From Vulcanimicrobiota bacterium (lineage in GTDB: Bacteria; Vulcanimicrobiota; Vulcanimicrobiia; Vulcanimicrobiales; Vulcanimicrobiaceae): DNA of 64,000 nucleotides. Position 1 is the stretch's first letter; every line of letters begins with the position of its first letter. Where the stretch lies: assembly GCA_963714015.1 (NCBI GenBank), contig OY970223.1, positions 2,048,001 through 2,112,000 on the forward strand. The letters run 5' to 3'. This document shows positions 46,973-57,473 of this stretch, in pieces. Both the position numbers and the translations under genes were made by a program. Below the pieces are notes generated by a model. It saw nothing but the letters and a program-made list of their open reading frames with translations, searched no databases and was not told where the DNA came from.

Positions 46973-47140
46973 TCAATGATAGTCAACAATGGTCACGTTG
47001 TAAGCGTCGCCATCCCTCCAAACGAAGCCAATGCGATACGTTTGGTTGATCCGAATCGAGTGTTGTCCAGCTCGATCCCCGGAAAGCTTCTCGAGCTGTA
47101 GGCCAGGGCCTCGCAAAGCGTGCAGCGATGTAATTTCATT
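46973..47140 (-). pseudogene. higB: 5'-truncated HigB toxin (absent from the ORF track)
   Basis: NEITSLHALRGPGLQLEKLSGDRAGQHSIRINQTYRIGFVWRDGDAYNVTIVDYH*; begins at the WYL stop codon. Confidence 0.85.
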
Positions 47141-48111
47141 CAGAGAACAGCGTGTTCGTCGTAAAGTCCGACTAAGGCATCCGCGATGCCTCGGGCGCAG
47201 TCAACGGCCTCCGCCGGCGCGACGACCTTGGCATCGATGCCGAAGCCGAGCGCCCAACGCACGACCTCGCCGACGTCGCCGACGATGAATGTCATCGTTG
47301 CCGATCCGTCCGCGTGCGTGTCGATCTCTTGAGCGCGCTGCCATTGGCGTGAGGTTGCCGAAGGGGCGAGCGCGGGCGAAATCCATACGGAAACGCGATG
47401 CTTCTGCGTACCCTGAATAAAACCGAGCACGTCGTCGTTCTGATAGTGCGCAGGGATCGGCTGCGGCGAGAACGAGCCCGCCCGTTTGACGGGCGGTGCG
47501 ATGCTATCGAGCGCGTAGTACTTCCAGTTTCGGGCGGCAGGATCCCGGGCCAGCAGATAGTAGCGGCCGGAGCGTACAATCGCGCACCCCGGCTCGACGC
47601 GCCGCTCTTTGCCCGAGTAGCGAAACGTCACGCGGGCGTTGTTGGCCCAGGCGGACTGCAGTTCGTCAAAGATCTGCGCCACGCGGCTGCCTTGGAGCAG
47701 CGCCGGTTGTAGAAAGCGCAAGAAGCGGCGATCGTCGCGCGACTCTTCGCCTTCAATAGATTGGAGCTGCGCCTGCACCGGCGGTCCCAGGGCACGGCCG
47801 ATGTCCCGAATCAGCGAGCGCAGCGCGCGGCTGCTCTTGTCCAGCGCGGTCGGCCGGCGATCGAAGTCCAAGAGGCGGACGACATCGTGTTCGCTCTTTT
47901 CGGCGATGCGGAAGCCGGCGCGCTCGCCGATCGCGCGCAATTCCTGCAGATCGCGTAAGATGGTGCGCTCCGATGCCTCGTACTCCTCGCACATGCGGCT
48001 CAGACGCACGAACTTGTTGCGCACCAGTTCGAGCAGAATACGGATCTTGCGTTCCGTCGCACCGCTGGGCTCCCCGGACTGACGGCCTTTGCCGCTAATC
48101 GCTTTGGGCAT
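47140..48111 (-). CDS. HTH-WYL-WCX transcriptional regulator (PafBC/BrxR-like architecture)
   Basis: SERTILRDLQEL HTH; RRVEP...GRYYL...YALD WYL; VRWALGFG..AKVVAP WCX. Confidence 0.9.
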   Translation of the reverse strand: MPKAISGKGRQSGEPSGATERKIRILLELVRNKFVRLSRMCEEYEASERTILRDLQELRAIGERAGFRIAEKSEHDVVRLLDFDRRPTALDKSSRALRSLIRDIGRALGPPVQAQLQSIEGEESRDDRRFLRFLQPALLQGSRVAQIFDELQSAWANNARVTFRYSGKERRVEPGCAIVRSGRYYLLARDPAARNWKYYALDSIAPPVKRAGSFSPQPIPAHYQNDDVLGFIQGTQKHRVSVWISPALAPSATSRQWQRAQEIDTHADGSATMTFIVGDVGEVVRWALGFGIDAKVVAPAEAVDCARGIADALVGLYDEHAVL

Positions 48112-48191
48112 GCAGCTCTATTCGACGCGAGATGGCGTAATCTTCATCGCAGAGGCCGTCCAGGGCGTACGAAAGCGTACCGGGCCCGGCG

Positions 48192-48370
48192 CTAGTGCCA
48201 CATTCCCACTGCCAGCACGAGCAGCAGCAGGCCGATCAACGTCAAGAGACAGCCGAAGGCATTGCCTTCCGTTGGGCGCTTCACTTGCGGTGCGCGGTTC
48301 TCGTCCTCGTCGCAGAACAGCAGGTCATACATCGGCAAGTTCTTCGGATCGCGCGGATCCAGGGGTTTCA
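48192..48370 (-). CDS. Small membrane protein
   Basis: MKPLDPRDP... with a C-terminal TM helix. Confidence 0.45.
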
Positions 48371-48640
48371 TGCTGGTATTATGCGGGTGCCGCGCGCCAC
48401 GGCTTTGACGCAAAGGGTCAGCATTCTAAGCGGCCTTGAGACGATCTTCACGCATCTCGTTGAGGTTGAAATGCACCAAAAGGATCTGTGCATTGTCACG
48501 CAGTGCATTGATCAACGGCTGCACTTGCGCGCGCGATTCGATTGCCGTTGTCTCGCCGCGACCCAGCGGCGGGCGACGATATTTTGGCGCCGGGAGCGAT
48601 TTTTTGCAGGAGCGCCCAAAGTGACGGCCAAGGAAGCGCC

Positions 48641-50635
48641 GTGGAAAAACATCTGCGTTGCGCCCTCGCGCTGTGCGTATCATTGGCGTTATCGGGCTTG
48701 CCCAATGCCGGCCTGGCGGCGGTCGGTCCGCTAACGCCGCATCCTCGCGCGGTCCAAGCGGTTTCGGTCAACGCCGCTGGACGACACGCTCCGGCGCCGC
48801 TGACGGCTTCGGATTTAGGCCCGTTCATGGACGGGCTTTTCGCGTATGCCATTCAGCGGGCAGGCATACCGGGCGGTGCGATCGTCGTCGTCCGCGACGG
48901 CAGCGTGCTGCTTAGCAAGGGGTACGGATTCTCAGACGTCGCCAAGGGCGCGCCGGTCATTCCGGATCAGACGTTGTTCCGGCCCGGCTCGGTGTCCAAG
49001 CTTTTCACATGGACGGCCGTCATGCAGCAAGTGGAAGCGGGACGGATCGACCTGGACACGGACGTCAATCAGTACCTCGACTTCAAGATTCCGCCCGCGT
49101 TCGGAAAACCGGTGACCATGCGCGACTTAATGACGCACACGCCCGGTTTTGACGAAACGATCCGCGATCTCATCTTCGACAAAACAAGTGAGCTTTATCC
49201 GCTGGGCGACTACTTGAAGAAGCGCATGCCGGCGCGTATTTTCCCGCCTGGGAAGGTGATTGCGTACTCCAATTATGGTGCAACGCTGGCCGGATACATC
49301 GTGCAGCGCGTTTCGGGTGAGCCGTTCGATCAGTACATCGCGCGGCACATCTTCAAGCCGCTTGGGATGAACCATTCGACGTTTGTCCAGCCGTTGCCGC
49401 GTGCAATGGACCGGTTCATGTCGAAAGGCTACGTTGACGGCCCGCAGAAGCCGCCCACGCCGTTCGAACTGATCGAGGCTGCGCCCGCAGGCGCGTTGAC
49501 CACGACGGTTACGGACATGTCGCATTTCATGCTCGCCTATCTGCAGGGCGGCCGGTACGGCGGCGGCAGCATCCTCAAACCGGCGACGATCGACGAAATG
49601 TGGAAGTTGCAGGTTGCGCCGGCGCCGGGCATCATCGGGTTCGATCTGGGTTTCTATCAAGAAAACCGCAACGGTCTGGTGATCGTCGGTCACGGCGGCG
49701 ATACGAACGCGTTTCATAGCGACCTGCATATCATTCCGAGCCGGCATATCGGCTTTTACGTGACGTTCAACAGTCCGGGCAACGCAGGCGCCGTCGAAAA
49801 AGTTCGTACGGAGATCTTCAACTCATTTCTGAACCGGTATTTCCCGTACGTGCCGCCGGCGGAGAAGACCGTCGCGAATCCGGGCCGTGATGCCGCGCGG
49901 GTCGCGGGTTGGTATCAAAGCAGCCGCCGCGATGCGCGCGCGCTTCGCCTCGTGTACGCGCTCGGTCAGAGCAGCGTGAGCGCGTTGCCGAACGGCGAGA
50001 TCGAAGTGAGCGGGCTGACGAACCAGGCCGACACGCCGCTGCGCTGGCGCGAAGTCGGTCCGCTCTATTACCGGCAGACCGATGGGCAGGCGCATCTGCG
50101 GTTCAACACGGATGCGAACGGCCGAGTGATTTCATGGGCGAGCGATCTGTCCAACATGGTTTCGGTCATGCAGCGGGTCAACGGGCTTGAAGCGCTCGGA
50201 ACGCTCAAGCTCATGCTGGCGTTGTTTATTGCGATCCTCGCCATCTCGCTGCTGATTCGTCTCGGTGCGTGGATCGCGCGCCGAAAACTGCACTTGCGAT
50301 TGGAACTGAGTGCGCAAGAACGCTGGGTTCATCTCGCTGCGCGGATCGGTGCAATTGCGTTTCTGGCAACGCTCCTGGGCTGGGTGGCGCTCCTTTCGAA
50401 CGATGCGATCTTGCTTTCGCCTGCCCTCGTTCCGCAGATGATCGTGCTCTACGTCGCAGGCGTGATTGCTATTATCGGAGGCGTTGGAATGATCGCGGAG
50501 ACGGTGCTGCGCGTTTCCAACGGTCCGGGCGGATGGCTCGTACGGTTGGGCGAGATTCTCGTCGGCCTCGCGGCAGTTTACGGCATATGGCTGTTTGCGG
50601 CATTCGGCCTCGTGAACTTCGTGACGAACTTCTGA
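48641..50635 (+). CDS. Serine hydrolase (class C beta-lactamase/S12) with C-terminal TM helices
   Basis: SVSK, LMTHTPG, YSN, HGG; signal peptide. Confidence 0.9.
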   Translation: MEKHLRCALALCVSLALSGLPNAGLAAVGPLTPHPRAVQAVSVNAAGRHAPAPLTASDLGPFMDGLFAYAIQRAGIPGGAIVVVRDGSVLLSKGYGFSDVAKGAPVIPDQTLFRPGSVSKLFTWTAVMQQVEAGRIDLDTDVNQYLDFKIPPAFGKPVTMRDLMTHTPGFDETIRDLIFDKTSELYPLGDYLKKRMPARIFPPGKVIAYSNYGATLAGYIVQRVSGEPFDQYIARHIFKPLGMNHSTFVQPLPRAMDRFMSKGYVDGPQKPPTPFELIEAAPAGALTTTVTDMSHFMLAYLQGGRYGGGSILKPATIDEMWKLQVAPAPGIIGFDLGFYQENRNGLVIVGHGGDTNAFHSDLHIIPSRHIGFYVTFNSPGNAGAVEKVRTEIFNSFLNRYFPYVPPAEKTVANPGRDAARVAGWYQSSRRDARALRLVYALGQSSVSALPNGEIEVSGLTNQADTPLRWREVGPLYYRQTDGQAHLRFNTDANGRVISWASDLSNMVSVMQRVNGLEALGTLKLMLALFIAILAISLLIRLGAWIARRKLHLRLELSAQERWVHLAARIGAIAFLATLLGWVALLSNDAILLSPALVPQMIVLYVAGVIAIIGGVGMIAETVLRVSNGPGGWLVRLGEILVGLAAVYGIWLFAAFGLVNFVTNF

Positions 50636-50637
50636 CG

Positions 50638-51634
50638 ATGATGACGACGACGCTTTCAACCCGCCTGGAACGTTGGCCGTTCAAATATTCTTTTCGCATA
50701 TCCGGTTACGAGTGGACCGATTCCGAAGTGGCATACGTCGAGATCGGGCGAGACGGCCTGAGCGGTCGCGGAGAGTGCGCGGGGGTGTACTACAAAAACG
50801 ACTCCCCGGAACATTCGCTGGCCGAAGCGGAGCGCGTCAGCGGCGACGTCGCTCGGGGCGTCGACCGGCATGCGCTCCTCACGCTGCTGCCGCCGGGCGG
50901 CGCGCGCAACGGCATCGACTGCGCGCTGTGGGAACTCGAGTCCAAAGAGCAGCAACGCCCGGTTTGGCAACTCGCCGGCGTCCCCGAACCGCGCCCGTTG
51001 CTGTCGACCTATACGATCGGCTCGGACGCACCCGAGAAAATGGCCGAACGCGCGAGAGCATTCCTCGACGCGCGCGCACTGAAACTCAAACTCACCGGAA
51101 CCGCCCGCGACGGCGAGTGCGTTCGAGCCGTACGGGCCGTACGCCCGGACGTGTGGCTCGGCGTGGATGCAAATCAAGGCTTCACGCGCGAGAAGCTTCA
51201 TGGAGCTGATGCCCGTGCTCATCGAGTCGGACGTCAAAGTCATCGAGCAGCCGTTTCCGCTCGATCGCGATGCGGATATGGACGGCTTACGCTCGCCCAT
51301 CCCGGTCGCGGCAGACGAGAGCGCGCAGACCGCCGATGATTTACCGAAACTTGCTGGCCGCTTCGACATCGTCAATATCAAACTCGACAAGTGCGGGGGC
51401 TTGACGGCAGGACTCATAATGGCGAATCGAGCGCGCGAACTCGGGTTCAAGGTCATGATCGGCAATATGAGCGGCACGTCGCTCGCGATGGCGCCGGCCT
51501 TCGTCCTCGGCCAGCTTTGCGACATCGTCGATTTGGACGGGCCATTGCTGCTGACAACCGATCGCGAGCCGTCCGTGCAATATCGCGACGGGCACATTTG
51601 GTGCGATGAAAACGTGTGGGGATGGACGGCATGA
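50638..51634 (+). CDS. Dipeptide epimerase / N-acyl-amino-acid racemase, enolase superfamily (indel about 51195)
   Basis: KLK, DANQG, EQP, DES, KLDKCGG, DLDG. Confidence 0.88.
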
Positions 51635-52749
51635 AAATGCCGGCCGCCGCTCTCGCGTTCATGCTTTGCAGCAGCGCGCAGGCCGTCGCGAGTCCGCTAA
51701 GCTCGGCGCAGATAAAAGCCGTCGACGCCATAGCATCGAACGCGCTGGTAAAGCAACATATCTCGGGCTTGGAGATCGGCATCGGACGCGGCGGCACGCT
51801 GTTGTTCGCGCAAGGATACGGGCTGCGCGATCGCGCGCGGCGCCTGCCCGTTACGGCGCAGACGATCTTCCCGGTAGGATCGATTACCAAGCAGTTCACC
51901 GCAGCGGCAGTTATGCTGCTGGTGCAGCGCGGTCGCGTCGATTTGAACGCGCATGTCGCGCGTTACCTTCCTCATGCGCCGCACGGCAACGAGATCACCG
52001 TGCGCGAGCTGCTCGATCAAACCAGCGGGCTGCCGGATTATTTGGAAGACAAAGCGCTTCTGGGCTCGATTATGTCCGGCAAGGTCGGCCCCGATTCGGT
52101 CGAGCGACTCGTCTCGCTCGTCGACGGCAAGCCGCTGCACTTCAAGCCCGGCACCAAATGGGAGTACTCGAACACCAACTACGCGCTGGCCGGATTGCTC
52201 GTCGCGCGCGAGAGCGGCATGCCGTACGGGCATTTTCTCAAGACGAACGTTTTAACGCCGGCGGGCATGACCTCGACGCAATATCTGCGCTGGTCCGTGC
52301 CGGCCGGCAGCGACGTGACGCGCGGATACGATTGGACGAAGAACGGATTTTCCGTCTTGGCCAACTTTTCGATGGACTGGGGCAATGCGGCGGGGGCACT
52401 GGCTTCGAACGCCGGCGATCTGATTCGTTGGGACGAGGCATACTTCGGCGGCAAGCTACTTACGCCGGCGAGCGTTCGAATCTCGACCCAGCCGCCGCCG
52501 GGCATCGTGATGCTCCCCACTAAGAATCGCGTGAACGACTTAGGGATCGGCTACGCTTTCGGCTGGGTCCAGGCGCGCGCCGAGGGCCGGCAGCTCATTT
52601 GGCACAACGGTGGTCTGCCCGGGGCGCGCGCTATGAACGCCTTTTTTCCGGCCGATCGTTTGGAGATCGTCGTGCTGACCAATGCGACGCAAGCGGACCC
52701 CGAGGATATCGCGCTGAGCATCGCTCGTAGAATTTACGATGGAAGATGA
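51631..52749 (+). CDS. Secreted serine hydrolase (S12/D-peptidase-like)
   Basis: SITK, YSN, HNG. Confidence 0.9.
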   Translation: MKMPAAALAFMLCSSAQAVASPLSSAQIKAVDAIASNALVKQHISGLEIGIGRGGTLLFAQGYGLRDRARRLPVTAQTIFPVGSITKQFTAAAVMLLVQRGRVDLNAHVARYLPHAPHGNEITVRELLDQTSGLPDYLEDKALLGSIMSGKVGPDSVERLVSLVDGKPLHFKPGTKWEYSNTNYALAGLLVARESGMPYGHFLKTNVLTPAGMTSTQYLRWSVPAGSDVTRGYDWTKNGFSVLANFSMDWGNAAGALASNAGDLIRWDEAYFGGKLLTPASVRISTQPPPGIVMLPTKNRVNDLGIGYAFGWVQARAEGRQLIWHNGGLPGARAMNAFFPADRLEIVVLTNATQADPEDIALSIARRIYDGR

Positions 52750-54209
52750 AGATCTTCACGGGCGCCATCGTTACGGAAACCAACACCTTCTCGCCGATTC
52801 CTACGGGGATGGAAGCGTTCCGGCTGAACGGGCTTCAGCACGGCAGCCGCGAGCCGATTCAAATTTCGAATGAGTTTGCGACCCTCGTGCACTGGCGTGA
52901 GCTGGCGCTCTCCGACGGATGCACCGTAAGTGAAAGCGTAGCGGGATTCGCGCAGCCGGGCGGACCCACCGTGCGTTCCGTGTACGAAGCCTTGCGCGAC
53001 GAGCTGTTGGAGGATCTGCGGCGCGCGTGTCCGGTGGACGTCGTATTGCTGTATTTGCACGGCGCAATGGTCGCGCAGGGCTACGACGATTGCGAGGGAG
53101 ACATTCTCACGCGCGTGCGTGATTTGTGCGGCGAGGGGACCATTATCGGGGCCGAACTCGATCCGCACTCTCACCTGACGCAGACGATGCTCGACCGGAC
53201 GAACGTGCTGATAGCGTACGATGAATACCCGCACACGGACATCGTCGCTCGAGCGCAAGACTTGTACCGGCTCTGTATGGCTGCCGCGCGCGACGAAGTT
53301 CGACCGGTTTCCCGCGTCTTCGACTGCCGAATGACTGCAATCTATCCGACGAGTCTCTCACCGATGCGAGCGTTCGTTGACGCCCTCAAATCGCTGCGCA
53401 CCGGGAAGGTGCTCACGACGAGTTTGATTCACGGTTTTCCATGGGGAGACGTTGCCGAAGCCGGGACGAAGATGCTCGCGGTTTGCGACGGCGATCCGGT
53501 TCTGGCCGAACGCGTGGCGACGGAACTGGGCCGAGAGTTTTATGGAATGCGGGAGGCCGCGCGAATCCACACGCTGAGTATTGACGAAGCGCTCGAAGCG
53601 GCGCATTCCGGTGGAAGATATCCCGTAGTGCTTGCCGACGTTGCCGACAATGCCGGAGGCGGCGCGCCGGGTGACGCTACGTTCTTACTTCAGCGCTTGA
53701 TCGAGCGCCGCGAAAAAGATGTGGTCAGCGGAGCGTATTATGACCCGGCCGCGGTGCAAATGTGCTTTGAAGCGGGGGAAGGGGCGACACTGGATCTGCG
53801 CGTCGGCGGAAAGATGGGAGCGGCGTCCGGTTCGCCGCTGGACGTGCGCGTTCGCGTCCGCGCGTTGCGCGAGGAGCACGTGCAAGATTATATGGACGAC
53901 AGTGCACCGTGCGCGCTCGGGCGGTCGGCGTGGGTGGATGCCGGAAACGTACAGTTGCTGCTGGCCTCCGTGCGCAGTCAAATCTTTGCGCCCAACGCAT
54001 TTACGGGGCTGGGCATCCCGCTCGAAAGCGCGCGCATCATCGTCGTCAAATCGTCGCACCATTTCTGGGGTAAGTTCGCTCCGATTGCCGCGAAGATCTT
54101 TCACGTCGACTCTCCCGGAGCGCTGTCCATGGATTTTGCCGCAATTCCGTACCGCAAGCGCGATCCGCTGTACTGGCCGCGCGTCGCCGATCCGTTCGCA
54201 AACGAATGA
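52746..54209 (+). CDS. MlrC-family (M81) metallopeptidase
   Basis: ETNTFSP, LHGAM, DCEG, LDPH, YPHTD, DNAGGG, VVKS. Confidence 0.9.
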   Translation: MKIFTGAIVTETNTFSPIPTGMEAFRLNGLQHGSREPIQISNEFATLVHWRELALSDGCTVSESVAGFAQPGGPTVRSVYEALRDELLEDLRRACPVDVVLLYLHGAMVAQGYDDCEGDILTRVRDLCGEGTIIGAELDPHSHLTQTMLDRTNVLIAYDEYPHTDIVARAQDLYRLCMAAARDEVRPVSRVFDCRMTAIYPTSLSPMRAFVDALKSLRTGKVLTTSLIHGFPWGDVAEAGTKMLAVCDGDPVLAERVATELGREFYGMREAARIHTLSIDEALEAAHSGGRYPVVLADVADNAGGGAPGDATFLLQRLIERREKDVVSGAYYDPAAVQMCFEAGEGATLDLRVGGKMGAASGSPLDVRVRVRALREEHVQDYMDDSAPCALGRSAWVDAGNVQLLLASVRSQIFAPNAFTGLGIPLESARIIVVKSSHHFWGKFAPIAAKIFHVDSPGALSMDFAAIPYRKRDPLYWPRVADPFANE

Positions 54210-55792
54210 ACCGGACTGCCTGTGCATTCGCGTTAGCCGCTGCGCTGGCCGCCGTCTGCACCGGGTGCTCGCGCCGGTCGGCCGCCGTTGCGCCGCACGA
54301 CCGCCTGGCCATCGCCGTGCAAGCCGAACCGCAATCGTTGGACCCGCTCTTGATCGAAGGGCAGCCGACGGCGCTCGTCGTTCCCACGATTTTCGACTGG
54401 CTCGTGACTGCCGATTCACGCGGCGAACTCGTCCCCGATCTGGCGAGCAGCGTTCCCTCGACGGCGAACGGCGGCATCTCGCCGGATGGTTTGACCATCA
54501 CCTATCATCTGCGCAAAGGCCTGCACTGGCAGGACGGCGCGCCGCTGACCGCCGCCGACGTGGCGTTCGGCTATTCGGCCGTGATGAACCCGCGCAACGA
54601 CGTGCTCTCGCGAGAGGGATTCGACGTCGTTCGCAGCGTCAGCGAAGTCGATCCCACCACCGTACGCGTGCGTCTGAAGCGACGGTTTTCACCGATTGTC
54701 GCCACACTTTTCGGACCCGATCAAAACTATCCGGTGCTTCCCCGGCATCTGCTTGCGCGTTATCCCAACGTCAATCAGATTCCGTTCAACACGTCGCCCG
54801 TCGGCTCGGGTCCGTACCGCGCGATTTCGTGGAAGCGCGCGGAGTCGGTTAGTCTGGCGGCAAATCCGCGCTACTTCGGCGGCACGCCGCGCATCGCGCA
54901 GGTAGCCTGGAAATTCATTCCCGACGACAACACGATACTGCAGCAACTGCGCACGCACGAGATCGACGCCGCGTTCTATGCCGACCCTGCCTATCTGCGG
55001 CAATATGAAGCGATACCGGGCATGGTGGTCGCCCGCACGCCTATAGCCGGTACGGCAGCACTGTATTTCAACACCCAAGACCCGGTGATGAGCGACGTAC
55101 GCGTGCGCCGCGCGATCGTCGAAGCGATCGACATTCCAAGACTCGTTCATGATGCGACGCGCGGCGGCGAAACGTCGGAAAATGCCGGCGCGGGGCTTTT
55201 CTCCTGGGCTTTCGATCCGGCCGCCGAACCGCCGGCGCAAAACCTGGCCGACGCAAAGGCGTTGCTCGCTGCTTCCGGGCACGAGCGCATGACGATCCGT
55301 TTCATTTTAGAGAGCGGCGACGCGCAAGGCGAACAGGTGGGCGTGGCATTGCAGCAGGAATTGCGGCCGCTCGGTATTACCGTCGTGCTGCGAACGTTCA
55401 CGCCGGTCGAATACATGGCGCCCGCCGCGAGCGGCGGACCAATGTTCGGCGGTCATTTCCAAATGGCGTTTTTGCAATTCTTGACCGGAACCGACCCGAA
55501 CGGGCTGGCGTATTTCGGGTGCAGCGAGGTCGCGCCGCGCGGCTTCAATTTGAGCCGAATTTGCGATCCGGTCATCGAACGCGCGTTTCAAGCGGATGCG
55601 CGCACGTACGATCGCGCCGAACGCCTGCGGTACTTGTCTATCGTTCAAAGGCGGTTGGCGCAGACCTTACCGTTCGTGCCGCTGTGGCATCGCCGAGCCA
55701 TCTCCGTTTACCCGCAGTGGCTCAGCGGAGTGAGCCCCTCGCCGGTAACTCCCTACTGGAATATTGGAGCCTGGAGCATTCATGGACCGTAG
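54206..55792 (+). CDS. Peptide ABC transporter substrate-binding lipoprotein (family 5)
   Basis: Lipobox CTGC; WQDGAPLTAADV; PVGSGPY; DVRVRRAI. Confidence 0.9.
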   Translation: MNRTACAFALAAALAAVCTGCSRRSAAVAPHDRLAIAVQAEPQSLDPLLIEGQPTALVVPTIFDWLVTADSRGELVPDLASSVPSTANGGISPDGLTITYHLRKGLHWQDGAPLTAADVAFGYSAVMNPRNDVLSREGFDVVRSVSEVDPTTVRVRLKRRFSPIVATLFGPDQNYPVLPRHLLARYPNVNQIPFNTSPVGSGPYRAISWKRAESVSLAANPRYFGGTPRIAQVAWKFIPDDNTILQQLRTHEIDAAFYADPAYLRQYEAIPGMVVARTPIAGTAALYFNTQDPVMSDVRVRRAIVEAIDIPRLVHDATRGGETSENAGAGLFSWAFDPAAEPPAQNLADAKALLAASGHERMTIRFILESGDAQGEQVGVALQQELRPLGITVVLRTFTPVEYMAPAASGGPMFGGHFQMAFLQFLTGTDPNGLAYFGCSEVAPRGFNLSRICDPVIERAFQADARTYDRAERLRYLSIVQRRLAQTLPFVPLWHRRAISVYPQWLSGVSPSPVTPYWNIGAWSIHGP

Positions 55793-57473
55793 GATAAACC
55801 GCGCGGTCGCTGCATGCATTTGCGCGGTGCTGCTGGCGCCGGGAATGACGCTCGCAGCGTGGATCGAAGACGCGCAGTTACGGAGCGTCGACGCGGTATT
55901 CAAATCGTACGGGCCGCAGACGCCGGGATGCGCATTGGGCATTTTTCATGATGGCCGCATCGCGTACGCGCGAGGATACGGAATGGCCGATTTGGATCAT
56001 GCGATTCGTATCACGCCCGGTTCGCTTTTCGACGTGGGGTCGGTCTCAAAGCAGTTTTCGGCGGCGGCAATCGTGTTGCTGGCCGATGAGGGCCGCTTGT
56101 CGCTGAACGACGACGTGCGCAAATATATTCCCGAGATGCGAAACTACGGTGCCCCAATCACGCTCAACGAGCTGATGTGGCATACGAGCGGCCTGCGCGA
56201 CTACACGGATTTGCTGGATCTGCAAGGTTACGGCCTGGAGCAGGTAACGACCGACGAAGAAGCATTGGCCGCAATAGTCCGTCAGCGCGGTCTCGAGTTT
56301 CCCAGCGGCACGCAGTACGAGTACTCCAATACGAATTACTTTCTGCTGTCCGTCATCGTCAAGCGCGTTACCGGGAAGACGCTCGCGCAGTTCGTCAAGC
56401 AAAACGTCTTCATGCCTTTGGGTATGACGCACACCACGTACCGCACGGACTACGCAATGCTGATCCCAAATCTCGCAATGGGCTATGCGCCTGCGGCAAA
56501 CGGCCAGTTCGAGAACAGCATGTCGAACTGGCAGCAGACCGGCGATGGCGGAGTGCAACTCTCGATCGATGACGCCATTAAATGGGACGAGAACTTCTAC
56601 CACCCGATCGTCGGCGGATCGCGGATGGTCGAGCAACTCCGGACGCCGGGTCATTTGGCGAACGGTAAGCCGCTGCAATACGCACGCGGGCTATTCGTCG
56701 GAAGCTACCGGGGGCTGCCGTCGATCTCGCACGGCGGCGCCTGGATCGGTTATCGCGCGGAATTCGACCGCTATCCAACGGTGCACACCTCGGTGGTCGT
56801 GCTCTGCAACTCCGGCGGCGCGCATCCCGGAGCGCTGGCTCAGGATGTTGCCGACATCGTGCTCAAACCGTTCTTAAAGGGTGCGCGCGAGGGCGCGGTC
56901 GCTGCGGCATACGGCAATCCCATCGCTGCGCGGTATGTGACCGGCGAATACTTTGACGCCATCGGCGGAGACGTCTATCGCGTAACCGCGCACGGAAGCG
57001 GCATCGCGCTCGAGACGGGCGGCAGCTCGTATCCGCTTCGCGCGGTGAGCCGTACTGCATTCCAAATCGGTTCGACGACCGTTCGCTTTGCGATCGGCAG
57101 CGACGGAACGGCGCAGGCGCTCACACTCGACGCCGCGGGCGAATCGACGACGGCCCGGCGATATACGCCTTGGAAGCCGCAGGCATCGGAGCTCTCGGGC
57201 GTTACGGGTGAATACTACAGTCCCGATCTCGACACTGCGTGGGGTCTGCGGGCCGTCGGCGCAACGCTTGCAGTACAGCCGTCCCGTAATCTTCCCAGCG
57301 GTGCTGCAGGGCCCCTGACGCCGGTTTTGCGCGATACGTTCTCCGACGAAGGCGGCGGATTCACCATCCGGCTGGATCGCAACCATAGCGGCGCAATCGA
57401 CGGCTTCACGCTAGGTGCCGGACGAGGCCTTCGATCCATTGAGTTTACTCGCGCCGTCCGATCGCGCCAGTGA
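55782..57473 (+). CDS. Secreted serine hydrolase, D-aminopeptidase-like with C-terminal beta domains
   Basis: SVSK, HTSGLRD, YSN, HGG. Confidence 0.88.
   Translation: MDRRINRAVAACICAVLLAPGMTLAAWIEDAQLRSVDAVFKSYGPQTPGCALGIFHDGRIAYARGYGMADLDHAIRITPGSLFDVGSVSKQFSAAAIVLLADEGRLSLNDDVRKYIPEMRNYGAPITLNELMWHTSGLRDYTDLLDLQGYGLEQVTTDEEALAAIVRQRGLEFPSGTQYEYSNTNYFLLSVIVKRVTGKTLAQFVKQNVFMPLGMTHTTYRTDYAMLIPNLAMGYAPAANGQFENSMSNWQQTGDGGVQLSIDDAIKWDENFYHPIVGGSRMVEQLRTPGHLANGKPLQYARGLFVGSYRGLPSISHGGAWIGYRAEFDRYPTVHTSVVVLCNSGGAHPGALAQDVADIVLKPFLKGAREGAVAAAYGNPIAARYVTGEYFDAIGGDVYRVTAHGSGIALETGGSSYPLRAVSRTAFQIGSTTVRFAIGSDGTAQALTLDAAGESTTARRYTPWKPQASELSGVTGEYYSPDLDTAWGLRAVGATLAVQPSRNLPSGAAGPLTPVLRDTFSDEGGGFTIRLDRNHSGAIDGFTLGAGRGLRSIEFTRAVRSRQ

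Noticed and set aside
46805..47101. Plus-strand 98-aa ORF
   Set aside because: Antisense shadow of the higB fragment and higA.
48641..57473. Beta-lactam resistance cluster or true microcystin (mlr) operon
   Set aside because: The SxxK enzymes sit in a catabolic peptide context, and no mlrA-like gene is present.
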